The notes under the pieces were generated by a model. That model was not told where the DNA came from. It saw nothing but the letters and a program-made list of their open reading frames with translations, and searched no databases. Shown piece by piece: positions 1 to 8,570 of a stretch of DNA of 24,568 nucleotides. Numbering within the stretch: the first letter of the stretch is position 1; each line of letters starts with the position of its first letter. This DNA is from an uncultured archaeon (GTDB lineage Archaea > Asgardarchaeota > Lokiarchaeia > Sigyniarchaeales > Promethearchaeaceae), in the NCBI GenBank assembly GCA_964426185.1, contig CAYRPF010000045.1, positions 1 to 24,568 on the forward strand. The letters are read 5' to 3'. The position numbers and the translations under genes are program-made.

Positions 1-96
1 GGAATATATTTAGGGAATTATCGCCGAAATCTCAAGGATTTTACGGTTCGTTTATATAATTCGGAAAAAAAGATGAAAAGTTGGATAAATTTCCGC

Positions 97-1641
97 TTAA
101 ATTCGCTCAATAGTCATTCCGCCTAAAATTTGAGGTTTGTGTTCATGATAATATGCCACAGCTTCTGCCAACTTTTCCTCGCTATCCGAAAAGATTTGAA
201 ATAATAAGTCACCTTTACTTATTTGTGAACCTATTTTTTTATGAATGATAATTCCTGCTTTTTTCGCGGCTGGACAACCGGCAATTTTTGCGATATGATT
301 GATATAGGCGTTTTCCACTTCGGTTACATATCCATCTTCCTCAGCGAATAAATCGGTATGATACTGTCCAATTTTGATTTCTTCAGGTTTAATTTCTGGA
401 TTACCTCCTTGAGCTTTGATTATTCTTTTCATAGCTTGATAAGCTTGACCTGATTTCAAAATTTCCTTGGCTAACTTTTTACCTTCGCCCAATTTTGCCT
501 TACCAGCCATCTCCAACAGAATTCCCGCCAATTCACAAGATTTATTCATCAAACTGGCTGGTCCTGCGGAATAATCTCGCAATAGTCGTAATCCTTCTTG
601 GGCTTCTAATGCGGGGCCAACAGCATGCCCTATTGGTTGATTAGCGGAAGTTAGCAAACAAACCGTCTTAATTCCCACTTTTTCGGCTACACGTTTAAAA
701 CGCTCAGCAAATTTTCGGCCGTGTTCTGGAGTAGGAAATTTTGTACCTTTACCACATGGTATATCGAGTACAAGTTTTTTAACACCCATACTCATTTTCT
801 TACAGATAATTGAAGCAATCATAATTGGAAATGGATCCATAGATAGAGGTTTTTCCACCCGAATAAATGTATTATCCGCTGGAGCCGAATCTAAGGCGCC
901 ACCCCAAAGAATTCCTGCTTTTTCCTTTTTCAAAATTTCGAGGACATGCTCTTTTGAAAATGCTACTGGAGCCAACACTTCAAAACTATCCGCCGTTCCA
1001 GATGGGCTGGTAATTGCTCTCGTAGAAGTTTTAGGAATAAATAAATCTGCAGCTGCAATAATGGGAACGATAATAAGAGTGACTTTATTACCTGGCACAC
1101 CTCCTGTAGAATGTTTATCAAACACTTCGGGGCCAAAATCTAAAATTTCACCTGAATGAGCCATCGCTAAGGTTAAATTCACTACTTCTTCATCACTTAA
1201 TCCACGAACTTCCAGACCCGTAATGAATGCGGCGATTTCAATGGGAAGAAGGTTACCTTGGGTGGCATCTTTTACGATTTCATCAATTTCTTCTTTTGAA
1301 AGGGTTTTTCCTTTAATTTTTGCCCGAATAAATTCAAAAGATTTCGGTTTAGAGGAGAGCTGCAATTCTACTTCATCAACCTTAGATTGATGAGCTACTT
1401 CTAAGATTTTCTGGTGAACTTCATCATAAAGACCAATTTCTCCATGTTGAATTAACCCTTCTCCAGTTGCGTGATCTACAACCGCGATTATCGGATTGCT
1501 AACGTACCCTTCTATATCTTTGGTAAATATTTTGACACGATCACCTAATTTTGCTCCCATAGCAAAGGCGTCTTCATCATCCATTAGCACGATGGGAACG
1601 GTTCCTGTGGCAATGCCCAATTTCTTTATTTTAAACAACAT
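97..1641 (-). CDS. deoA: AMP phosphorylase (archaeal NMP phosphorylase, thymidine phosphorylase family), paralog 1
   Basis: 514 aa with the extra ~95-aa N-terminal domain typical of AMP phosphorylases. Motifs DKHSTGGVPGNK, PKTSTRAITSPSGTAD, SMDP, DIPCGKGTK, QPIGHAVGPALEA, IIKAQGGNP and GCPAAKKAG. Confidence 0.93.
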   Translation of the reverse strand: MLFKIKKLGIATGTVPIVLMDDEDAFAMGAKLGDRVKIFTKDIEGYVSNPIIAVVDHATGEGLIQHGEIGLYDEVHQKILEVAHQSKVDEVELQLSSKPKSFEFIRAKIKGKTLSKEEIDEIVKDATQGNLLPIEIAAFITGLEVRGLSDEEVVNLTLAMAHSGEILDFGPEVFDKHSTGGVPGNKVTLIIVPIIAAADLFIPKTSTRAITSPSGTADSFEVLAPVAFSKEHVLEILKKEKAGILWGGALDSAPADNTFIRVEKPLSMDPFPIMIASIICKKMSMGVKKLVLDIPCGKGTKFPTPEHGRKFAERFKRVAEKVGIKTVCLLTSANQPIGHAVGPALEAQEGLRLLRDYSAGPASLMNKSCELAGILLEMAGKAKLGEGKKLAKEILKSGQAYQAMKRIIKAQGGNPEIKPEEIKIGQYHTDLFAEEDGYVTEVENAYINHIAKIAGCPAAKKAGIIIHKKIGSQISKGDLLFQIFSDSEEKLAEAVAYYHEHKPQILGGMTIERI

Positions 1642-1661
1642 TGTAATATCACTACTAAAAG

Positions 1662-1683
1662 ATGATGTAAGATCTTAAATCAT
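1662..1683. promoter_or_regulatory. 22-bp near-perfect palindrome in the divergent promoter region (candidate operator)
   Basis: ATGAT-G-TAAGATCTTA-A-ATCAT with one mismatched pair. It overlaps a minus-strand TTTAAG TATA-like box about 33 nt upstream of the ATG at 1641. Confidence 0.4.
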
Positions 1684-1743
1684 TTACGGGCGAAAGGTAT
1701 TATCGAAGATTTTTTTTCAAATTTTACCTTTATTTCTTCCATA

Positions 1744-2727
1744 GTGAAAAGAATTACCGAAATTTCTAATATCTCTGATGGTAGCAGTAATGATTATGTT
1801 GAAGTTCAAACTCCCGGCCGGATTTGTTTATTGGGGGATAAAATTGATTTGGCAGAGTTACCGGTCATTGGATGCGCAGTAAATTGCTTATCTACCATAA
1901 AAATTCGGAAAATTCCTGATTCAACTGTTAGAATTTTTACCAATACTTATCAAAGCGGGTTAGAGTACAAATTGGGCGAAAAAGGAGATTTTAATCATTT
2001 GTTGAAATATTGGTGCGCTATTATTTACAGACTTGGCGATCGAATTGAAGGTTTTGAAGCGATCCTTTCATCAGATATTCCCGTTGGTAGTGGGCTTTCT
2101 TCTTCCGCGGCAATTTCCGTAGGATTAATTAGTGCGTTGAATAAATTATTTGAATTAGGCATGAATAATTATGAAATTGCTGAGTTGGCATATATTACCG
2201 AGCATGATGATTTAGGGATAATGTGTGGGCGTTTAGATCAGTATTCGATTACGTTCGGTGGTGTTTCATTCATTCACACAAACTCACCTCCTAAAGTAAC
2301 TCATGTTCCTATCCAATCTTTACCCATTGTGTTGGCTGATTCAGGAGATTCTCGAAAAGCCCAAGATGTATTAATACGGATAAAAAATAAACTAAAAGCG
2401 GGAGATGCTCAAGTTCATGAATCTTTTCATAAAATTCATCAAGCAGTAATTGAATGCCATCAAGCTCTTCAGCAAAATGATTACAATAAAATTGGAGCTT
2501 TGATGAATTTACAACAAATACAAGAAAAAAAAATGGAAACCACTACTCCAAAAATTGATCTCCTTTGTAGAACCGCTTTAGAACATGGTGCGTTGGGTGC
2601 CAAACAAATCGGCGCGGGTGGCGGAGGATGCATGATTGCATTATGTCCAGAACATTCTGAAGAGGTTAGTAAAGAATTGCAACGAATAGGCGGAAAAGTT
2701 TACAAATTCAATATCTATAATTATTAG
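1744..2727 (+). CDS. GHMP-family kinase (galactokinase/mevalonate kinase-like; substrate uncertain)
   Basis: GTG start. PGRICLLGDKID (motif I), IPVGSGLSSSAA (GHMP ATP loop), CGRLDQ and GAKQIGAGGGGC (motif III). Confidence 0.9.
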   Translation: MKRITEISNISDGSSNDYVEVQTPGRICLLGDKIDLAELPVIGCAVNCLSTIKIRKIPDSTVRIFTNTYQSGLEYKLGEKGDFNHLLKYWCAIIYRLGDRIEGFEAILSSDIPVGSGLSSSAAISVGLISALNKLFELGMNNYEIAELAYITEHDDLGIMCGRLDQYSITFGGVSFIHTNSPPKVTHVPIQSLPIVLADSGDSRKAQDVLIRIKNKLKAGDAQVHESFHKIHQAVIECHQALQQNDYNKIGALMNLQQIQEKKMETTTPKIDLLCRTALEHGALGAKQIGAGGGGCMIALCPEHSEEVSKELQRIGGKVYKFNIYNY

Positions 2728-4268
2728 ATCTTTTCGATTGTCATACTCCCTAATCCAATAGGTGGGTGAGAATTGTAATATTCTACCGCTTTGTTTAATG
2801 AAGCTTGGCTGTTTGCATAAATTCGGAAAACTACATCTCCAGGATGAATTTTTGCCCCAATTTTTTTTTCAATCTCAATACCCGCTTTTTGATCTCCAGG
2901 ACAACCTGCTATTTTTGCGATTTGATTTATGCTTTTATTATTAATAGATGCCACAATACCTCCTTTATCGGCCTTTAATTCCCTCATAAATGATCCAACC
3001 TTAATTTCATTCGGGTTTATATTAGGATTTCCACCTTGAGCTTTGATAATTGCTTGCATTTTTCTTAATGCTCGGCCTGAATTTAGAATTTCTAAAGCCA
3101 ATTCTTTTCCGCGGGATTCAGGGGCCTTACCCGCCATTTCTAAAAGAATTCCTGCAATATCTGTTGCTTTATTTAGTAGGCTTGATGGACCTTTTTCTGG
3201 ATTCCATAATAAACGGAGTGCTTCTCGAGCTTCAAGGGCAGGACCTACTGCATGACCAATAGGTTGATCGGCAGAAGTTAATACGCAAACGCTTTCAATT
3301 CCAACTCTCTTAGCAATTTCTTTGAATCGGAAAGCAAATTTTCGACCTTTTTCTTGTGTAGGAAATTTTGTACCTGCACCAATTGGAATATCCAAAACTA
3401 GTTTTTTTATACCGTTTGCTAACTTTTTCGAGAGAATTGAAGCGATCATCAAATCTAGGGGATCTATATTTAAAATTTTTTGAATTTCGATTAAACCATC
3501 TGCTGCTGGGCTTGAATTCATAGCACCAGCCCAAAAAATTCCTGCATTTTCTTTTTCCAGAATGTTTAGCACTTCTTCCTTTGAAAATATTACATTTGCT
3601 AATACTTCCATACTGTCTGCCGTGCCCGATGGGCTGGTAATTGCTCGTGTCGATGTTTTAGGAATAAATATCCCCGAGGCTGCCAGAATCGGGACGATAA
3701 TTAAAGAGATCTTATTACCAGGAACACCACCAGTTGAATGTTTATCATAGCAATTCGCGCCGAAATCGAAAATTTCTCCCGATTTGGCAAAATTATGAGT
3801 TAAATCTACAACTTCATCATCGTTAAGTCCGCGAATATGAACTCCGATAATAAATGCGGCTAGTTCAACATTTAACAGTTTTTCTTCAGCGCAATCTCTT
3901 ACGATTTCTATGATTTCGTTGGTGGATAATGCTTTTCCTTCAATTTTTTTCTTGATAGCTGCGAAAGATAATGGGTGTGATGCCTTTCGAATTTCAACTA
4001 ATGATGAATTGGTAATTTCTTTAATTTTATCACCGATTTCATCATAGAGACCGATTGTCCCGGGTGAAATTAATTGTTCATTGGTGGCAATATCCACAAT
4101 TGCAATAATTCCTGGCTCATGAAGTATATCAGATTTTTTAACTGCAAAAACTCTAATACGATCTCCAGGTTTAACTCCTAGATTAAATGCATCTATTCGA
4201 TGGATAACTACAATTTTAACTCCGCCCGTAGCCACTCCCAGAATTTTGGTTTTAAATCTCATTATCAT
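2724..4268 (-). CDS. deoA: AMP phosphorylase, paralog 2
   Basis: 514 aa (start may be the second Met at 4262). Motifs DKHSTGGVPGNK, PKTSTRAITSPSGTAD, NIDP, DIPIGAGTK and QPIGHAVGPALEA. Its 3' end overlaps the convergent kinase gene by 4 nt. Confidence 0.93.
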   Translation of the reverse strand: MIMRFKTKILGVATGGVKIVVIHRIDAFNLGVKPGDRIRVFAVKKSDILHEPGIIAIVDIATNEQLISPGTIGLYDEIGDKIKEITNSSLVEIRKASHPLSFAAIKKKIEGKALSTNEIIEIVRDCAEEKLLNVELAAFIIGVHIRGLNDDEVVDLTHNFAKSGEIFDFGANCYDKHSTGGVPGNKISLIIVPILAASGIFIPKTSTRAITSPSGTADSMEVLANVIFSKEEVLNILEKENAGIFWAGAMNSSPAADGLIEIQKILNIDPLDLMIASILSKKLANGIKKLVLDIPIGAGTKFPTQEKGRKFAFRFKEIAKRVGIESVCVLTSADQPIGHAVGPALEAREALRLLWNPEKGPSSLLNKATDIAGILLEMAGKAPESRGKELALEILNSGRALRKMQAIIKAQGGNPNINPNEIKVGSFMRELKADKGGIVASINNKSINQIAKIAGCPGDQKAGIEIEKKIGAKIHPGDVVFRIYANSQASLNKAVEYYNSHPPIGLGSMTIEKI

Positions 4269-4311
4269 AATATATCATTGCGTTCTTAAAAAAGCGCACG
4301 CCTTGAGTTGG

Positions 4312-4364
4312 AAAAATAGAAGCAAAAATAGAAGCATAGAAAGAAGCAAAATTAAAAAAGAAGT
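4312..4364 (-). terminator. Oligo-T terminator region built from a degenerate 12-bp tandem repeat
   Basis: Plus strand reads AAAAATAGAAGC x2 then ATAGAAAGAAGC. It is T-rich on the minus strand directly after the stop of the 4379..5695 gene. Confidence 0.5.
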
Positions 4365-4378
4365 ATTGGTTGATCGAT

Positions 4379-5695
4379 TTACAAATTGATTGTTAAGGGA
4401 ATTTCTGCGGTAAACGGTCCTTTGAGGTTTCCATCTTCATCTTTAAAGCTAACAATGGTTTTTATGGGAAATTCTCCCACATCAAAAGCTTTCACTAAAA
4501 TTTGCCAGTGAAGCTGCTCGTTGGGGCTAAGAGAATAAATATTTTTCTTAAAAGTCCCGCGCATCATCTTCAAATCTTCTGGAAATTCAAATTCAACTTC
4601 GATTTCCATTGCATTTCCATCACTTTGATTGGAAATTAAGACTTGAACTGGAAACGACTGATTAATTACAGGTGTTTTTTCTGGGGTGAGTACAATACCT
4701 AACACGGCATCAGGAGAAGTGATGGTAATGTCCTTTCGTTCTGATTGCAGAGTAAAATTGAATTTATCATCTACATTCATGGTCAATACAATAGGGCCGA
4801 TAAAGGAAGACCCCGGAATATTAGAGCGAAAAACAAAATCTAAAGTTTCCTTCTTAAAATTGGATAAATCAAGGGTAATAGGTAATTCTGGACGTTCTTT
4901 TATGGTAAGGTTATCTCCCAATTTAATATGCATATCCACTACGTTAAATACTGTAAATTCATGGGGTAGAATTTTATAATTCTTGAATTCTTGAAGACGG
5001 GTGGTATCAATAATCGGGTGCAATTCAATAAGCGAATCTCGCTCAAATTCCGTCTCTTCCAAGGGAACTTCCAAAGACACCATTAATGAACTTAGTGCCA
5101 CCACCAAAGATTCCTTAATTAGAAGGTTCTCCATTTCACTGTAATTGAATAAAGAATAATTGTCAATCAATTCATCAATTAAATTTTCATTTTTGTTAAA
5201 AACAGCATTGGTAATATGTTGCGCTATTAGTAGTAGAAGATTGGATTCAAACAATTCATGTCTCATTTTAGCTTTAAATCTTTTCACGTAATTAATTCCT
5301 TCTTGATATTTTCCTTGTACAAAATAGCACAAAAATGCAAACCCAATATTTTCTGCGGCAAAGTCTTCCAATTTTGTTTTTTCTGCCTTCATGATAGATT
5401 TCGCTGCGACATCAAAGTAATCACGTGCTTTTTGATAATCCAATATACGAAGAGCATCATTAGCGGCTTCACGTTCTACTAAAGCGGCTTGATGATATTT
5501 GCCTAAATGAGTTAGGTTTTTTGAAGCATAGAAAAAACATTGTTCTGCGACTTTCCATTCTTCCAATTCATTAAACATTTCCCCGGCTTTTTTAAAATTT
5601 GAAGCGGATTTTTTATACTCATCGTTATCCAGCAAAATTTCTGCTTTATTTAAGGTGATTTTAGCTTTTTTGCGGAGTTTTTCTTCACTGACCAT
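4379..5695 (-). CDS. Hypothetical protein with N-terminal SNAP/TPR-like helical repeats and C-terminal Ig-like beta-sandwich domain(s)
   Basis: Helical repeats YKKSASNFKKAGEMF, WKVAEQCFFYAS, YHQAALVEREAA and YQKARDYFDVAA. Alternating beta strands at the C-terminus (FPVQVLISNQSDGNAMEIEVEFEFP...LSPNEQLHWQILVKAFDVGEFPIKTIVSFKD). No signal peptide. ATG at 5695 preferred over TTG at 5710. Confidence 0.7.
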   Translation of the reverse strand: MVSEEKLRKKAKITLNKAEILLDNDEYKKSASNFKKAGEMFNELEEWKVAEQCFFYASKNLTHLGKYHQAALVEREAANDALRILDYQKARDYFDVAAKSIMKAEKTKLEDFAAENIGFAFLCYFVQGKYQEGINYVKRFKAKMRHELFESNLLLLIAQHITNAVFNKNENLIDELIDNYSLFNYSEMENLLIKESLVVALSSLMVSLEVPLEETEFERDSLIELHPIIDTTRLQEFKNYKILPHEFTVFNVVDMHIKLGDNLTIKERPELPITLDLSNFKKETLDFVFRSNIPGSSFIGPIVLTMNVDDKFNFTLQSERKDITITSPDAVLGIVLTPEKTPVINQSFPVQVLISNQSDGNAMEIEVEFEFPEDLKMMRGTFKKNIYSLSPNEQLHWQILVKAFDVGEFPIKTIVSFKDEDGNLKGPFTAEIPLTINL

Positions 5696-5853
5696 CTTAA
5701 TGAAATTCAATCCGAAGTATTTCTAAAACCTTTTGGAATTTTTCGAATATAATTTCTGGAAAGGGTAGAAAAGAGTTGGAAGAAATTTCCATGTTCAAAA
5801 CGTTTGATATAGTAAAAATCTTTTTAAGGAAATTTCAAAGATTATAAACTGTA

Positions 5854-7617
5854 ATGAAATGTAAAAATTCATCCTCGCACTTAGTCATCCAAATTGTTTT
5901 AATTATTACTCTAACTTGTCTAATCACCTTTTTTTCCCCAAATTTTGCCCAATTTAAGCATGTAAGCAAAAATTCCTTAGAAATTTCATTTGATCACAAT
6001 ATACCTAGTCAGCTATCAACCACAGATGTCGAATCAATCAAACTCAATTGGAGTGATTACTTAAAAATCAATTCAACTGTGATAAGCGGGTTAGATAGTG
6101 ACAAAGCCATGGGGTTTCATTGGGTAAATTATAGCTTTGTATCTGGTTTTGGAACTGAAATGGATCCATATATTATCTCAAATGTTGCCTTTTCTGGTGA
6201 AAATGCGTCTTATGCATTGCGCATTCAATATTCCAATGCATTTTGTATCTTCTCGAATTGTTTTTTTTACAATACGAGTGAATATTCATTGGACTCTGGT
6301 GCTTTACTGATTGAGTATAGTGGAAATATCACGTTTTTCAACTGTAGGTTTATTAATAATTCTGCAAATGGAGTCATTATAGATCACAGCCATCATCTCT
6401 CTTTTCAAAGCAGTACTTTTGCAGAGATTATGGGGATTGGACTACGTATTATAGGATCTGGGGAAATCCAAATTGCTAATTCTAACTTTTATCAAATCTT
6501 ATATGATCACATAGAATTCTATTATTCAGAAACGATTATTCATTCAAGCAACATCCACATGCTGAACGATTCTCGAGGTTTCTCTGCTATTGGATCAGAA
6601 AATATATATTTATCAACAAACTCGTTTATAGCCTTAGAAGAAAATCATCAAGGATTAATTACAATTGAGTTAGATAATGAATCTTCCCTGAACAATAATA
6701 TCACAATTATAGAGAATACTATCATGGATGGATATTCTGGAATCCATCTTGCAATTAATAATCCAAATAAGTCTTTATTGATAGATAATGTATTCATCTC
6801 GGATAATTTAATTAACTGCATATATGAAGGAATGCATTTAGAGGATGTTTTCGAACCCAATGTTACCCATAATATAATTTCTTCACTCCAAACTGGAGTT
6901 CTTCTTTATAATTCCCAAGATGCTTATTTATCAGATAATTTTATCCAAGCCGAATACAATGAAGCATTGTTAATATGGAGCTGTAATAACACTGAGGTTA
7001 TTTCTAATTCATTATCTTCGACTGGGTCATTCTTAGTTCACGTTATTGGTCCTGGGACCACCATACTTGAAAACAATGACCTATTATTTCTCGAATCTCC
7101 TTGGTTATTTGAAGAAAATGACCCAATTATGATTCTCATCAACAACTTTCTTAATAGAGGTTCTCAAGATGTGCCTACTACACCAATTTGGCATTCACAA
7201 TCTGCTACAGGCGACTGGAATCTTGTCCATGTTGAATGGATTCCATCACAGAATGCCCAGTGGTATGTACTGTATGTGAATGGGCAGCTAATCGCTAACA
7301 CTACACAGACTTATGTTAAGGTAGTAGTAAATCGAGAGGGTGTCTATCAATTTCAAGTTTTAGCTGGAAATGAATACGGCATATCACCACTCTCCACCAT
7401 CTTAACTATCACCATCCAATATAATGATGGAAATGATAATAGTTCATCTGCATCAAATGAAGATGATGAAACTTCGGAACCATTTGATTGGAATTTGTTA
7501 GGTAATAAAGAGTTTTCTATCTCATTTGGTTCATTTCCTTTAACGCTTACCGTTTTTTTGGCGGCAAGTTTTATTCTCTCACGATATTTTCGAAAAAAGT
7601 CACACCTATTCGGTTAA
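5854..7617 (+). CDS. Membrane-anchored cell-surface protein: right-handed parallel beta-helix (NosD/PbH1) + fibronectin type III domain
   Basis: N-terminal hydrophobic signal, GFGTEMDPYIISN motif and Asn/Ile-rich beta-helix repeats. FN3 signature (VEW...Y.LY.NG...Y.FQV.AGN.YG.S..S), acidic linker, then a C-terminal TM helix and basic tail (ISFG...YFRKK). Many N-x-S/T sequons. Confidence 0.8.
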   Translation: MKCKNSSSHLVIQIVLIITLTCLITFFSPNFAQFKHVSKNSLEISFDHNIPSQLSTTDVESIKLNWSDYLKINSTVISGLDSDKAMGFHWVNYSFVSGFGTEMDPYIISNVAFSGENASYALRIQYSNAFCIFSNCFFYNTSEYSLDSGALLIEYSGNITFFNCRFINNSANGVIIDHSHHLSFQSSTFAEIMGIGLRIIGSGEIQIANSNFYQILYDHIEFYYSETIIHSSNIHMLNDSRGFSAIGSENIYLSTNSFIALEENHQGLITIELDNESSLNNNITIIENTIMDGYSGIHLAINNPNKSLLIDNVFISDNLINCIYEGMHLEDVFEPNVTHNIISSLQTGVLLYNSQDAYLSDNFIQAEYNEALLIWSCNNTEVISNSLSSTGSFLVHVIGPGTTILENNDLLFLESPWLFEENDPIMILINNFLNRGSQDVPTTPIWHSQSATGDWNLVHVEWIPSQNAQWYVLYVNGQLIANTTQTYVKVVVNREGVYQFQVLAGNEYGISPLSTILTITIQYNDGNDNSSSASNEDDETSEPFDWNLLGNKEFSISFGSFPLTLTVFLAASFILSRYFRKKSHLFG

Positions 7618-7639
7618 GTAATTGCACCCGACTATCATA

Positions 7640-8497
7640 TTATCCCTTTAAATCTTGCTTAGATGGGATATAAGCTCCCGGAAAAAAGGTCTTTAACTCT
7701 TTTAGAGTGGGTTGTCGACCATATTCACTTATCTCAAATGCTTCTCCATATTGAATTTTTCTTCCTGGAAATCCTTTATTCCATAGTTCTTGATAATCGA
7801 TCAGAATGTGGGAAAACATCATCGTTATAATCATTTCAACCATTTTCTTACGAATATTATCATCAAACTCTTTGGGGATTAGGTGTTCGAGTTTTTGCGT
7901 CCAAGGTAGCCACTCCATCATTTGGCTCTTATGGCAAATCAAAGCTTTGGCTTTTTGGTCAAAAACATCCGTTATATCCAGCAATATATTTGGAATAAAG
8001 GGGTATGGTTTTAGAAAATGGTCGTATAAATAGCAAATCACCGGCTGTTTCCGCGTTTTTGAGATAGGAGTATCTGGACAATAATGGGGAACAATAAGCA
8101 TATTATTTGCATCCATTACCAGTTGACCACAATAGCGGTGATCTCGATGATAATCGTTTACTCGATGCGTTAATATTAAATCGGGATCATAATTGCGAAT
8201 AATCCTAACTATTTTTTCAGTCAGCTCTCGATTTACATAAATATGACCATCGTTTACATTTAGAGAAGTATATTCTGTCCCTAGTATTTTGGCAGAGTTT
8301 AGTGCTTCTTTTTGCCGAGTTTTAGCGGTTTCAAGGGGATTCATTTTGTGATGGCCGAGATTTCCATTAGTAACTGAAATAAATTTGACTTGATGATTAT
8401 GAGATATCAATTTTATGGCTAAACCGCCGGCTAAAAGTTCTGCATCATCGGGGTGTGCACAAATAACCATAATTTTTATGCGAGTTTTTACGTTCAT
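7640..8497 (-). CDS. PIG-L/LmbE (BshB/MshB-like) family deacetylase
   Basis: AHPDDAE metal motif, VTNG, R.KEA..SA..LG, DYHRDH, KAL.CHKSQ and EAF. Confidence 0.9.
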   Translation of the reverse strand: MNVKTRIKIMVICAHPDDAELLAGGLAIKLISHNHQVKFISVTNGNLGHHKMNPLETAKTRQKEALNSAKILGTEYTSLNVNDGHIYVNRELTEKIVRIIRNYDPDLILTHRVNDYHRDHRYCGQLVMDANNMLIVPHYCPDTPISKTRKQPVICYLYDHFLKPYPFIPNILLDITDVFDQKAKALICHKSQMMEWLPWTQKLEHLIPKEFDDNIRKKMVEMIITMMFSHILIDYQELWNKGFPGRKIQYGEAFEISEYGRQPTLKELKTFFPGAYIPSKQDLKG

Positions 8498-8530
8498 TAA
8501 TTATAATTAGGCAGAAGAAAAATAAAATAT

Positions 8531-8567
8531 TTTAAAAATAAAAAAACTAAAAAAACTAAATTAAAAA
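8531..8567 (-). terminator. Oligo-T terminator downstream of the SCP2 gene (may double as the deacetylase promoter region)
   Basis: Plus strand AAAAAAACT-AAAAAAACT-AAATTAAAAA gives repeated T tracts on the minus strand just after the stop at 8571. Confidence 0.45.
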
Positions 8568-8570
8568 GGA

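Noticed and set aside
1744-2727. Calling the kinase galK or mvk
   Set aside because: The substrate motif matches neither, and no gal or mevalonate pathway genes are nearby.
1001-3670. Identical 16-19 nt stretches shared by the two AMP phosphorylase genes (e.g. GATGGGCTGGTAATTGCTC)
   Set aside because: They coincide with invariant protein motifs and are explained by paralogy, not by a repeat element or an assembly duplication.
4279-4298. TGCG...CGCA inverted repeat around the TATA-like box of paralog 2
   Set aside because: Only 4 bp of perfect arms, which is too weak to support.
4312-4364. Short direct repeats as a possible CRISPR or mini-array
   Set aside because: The units are 12 bp and contiguous with no spacers, and there are no cas genes.
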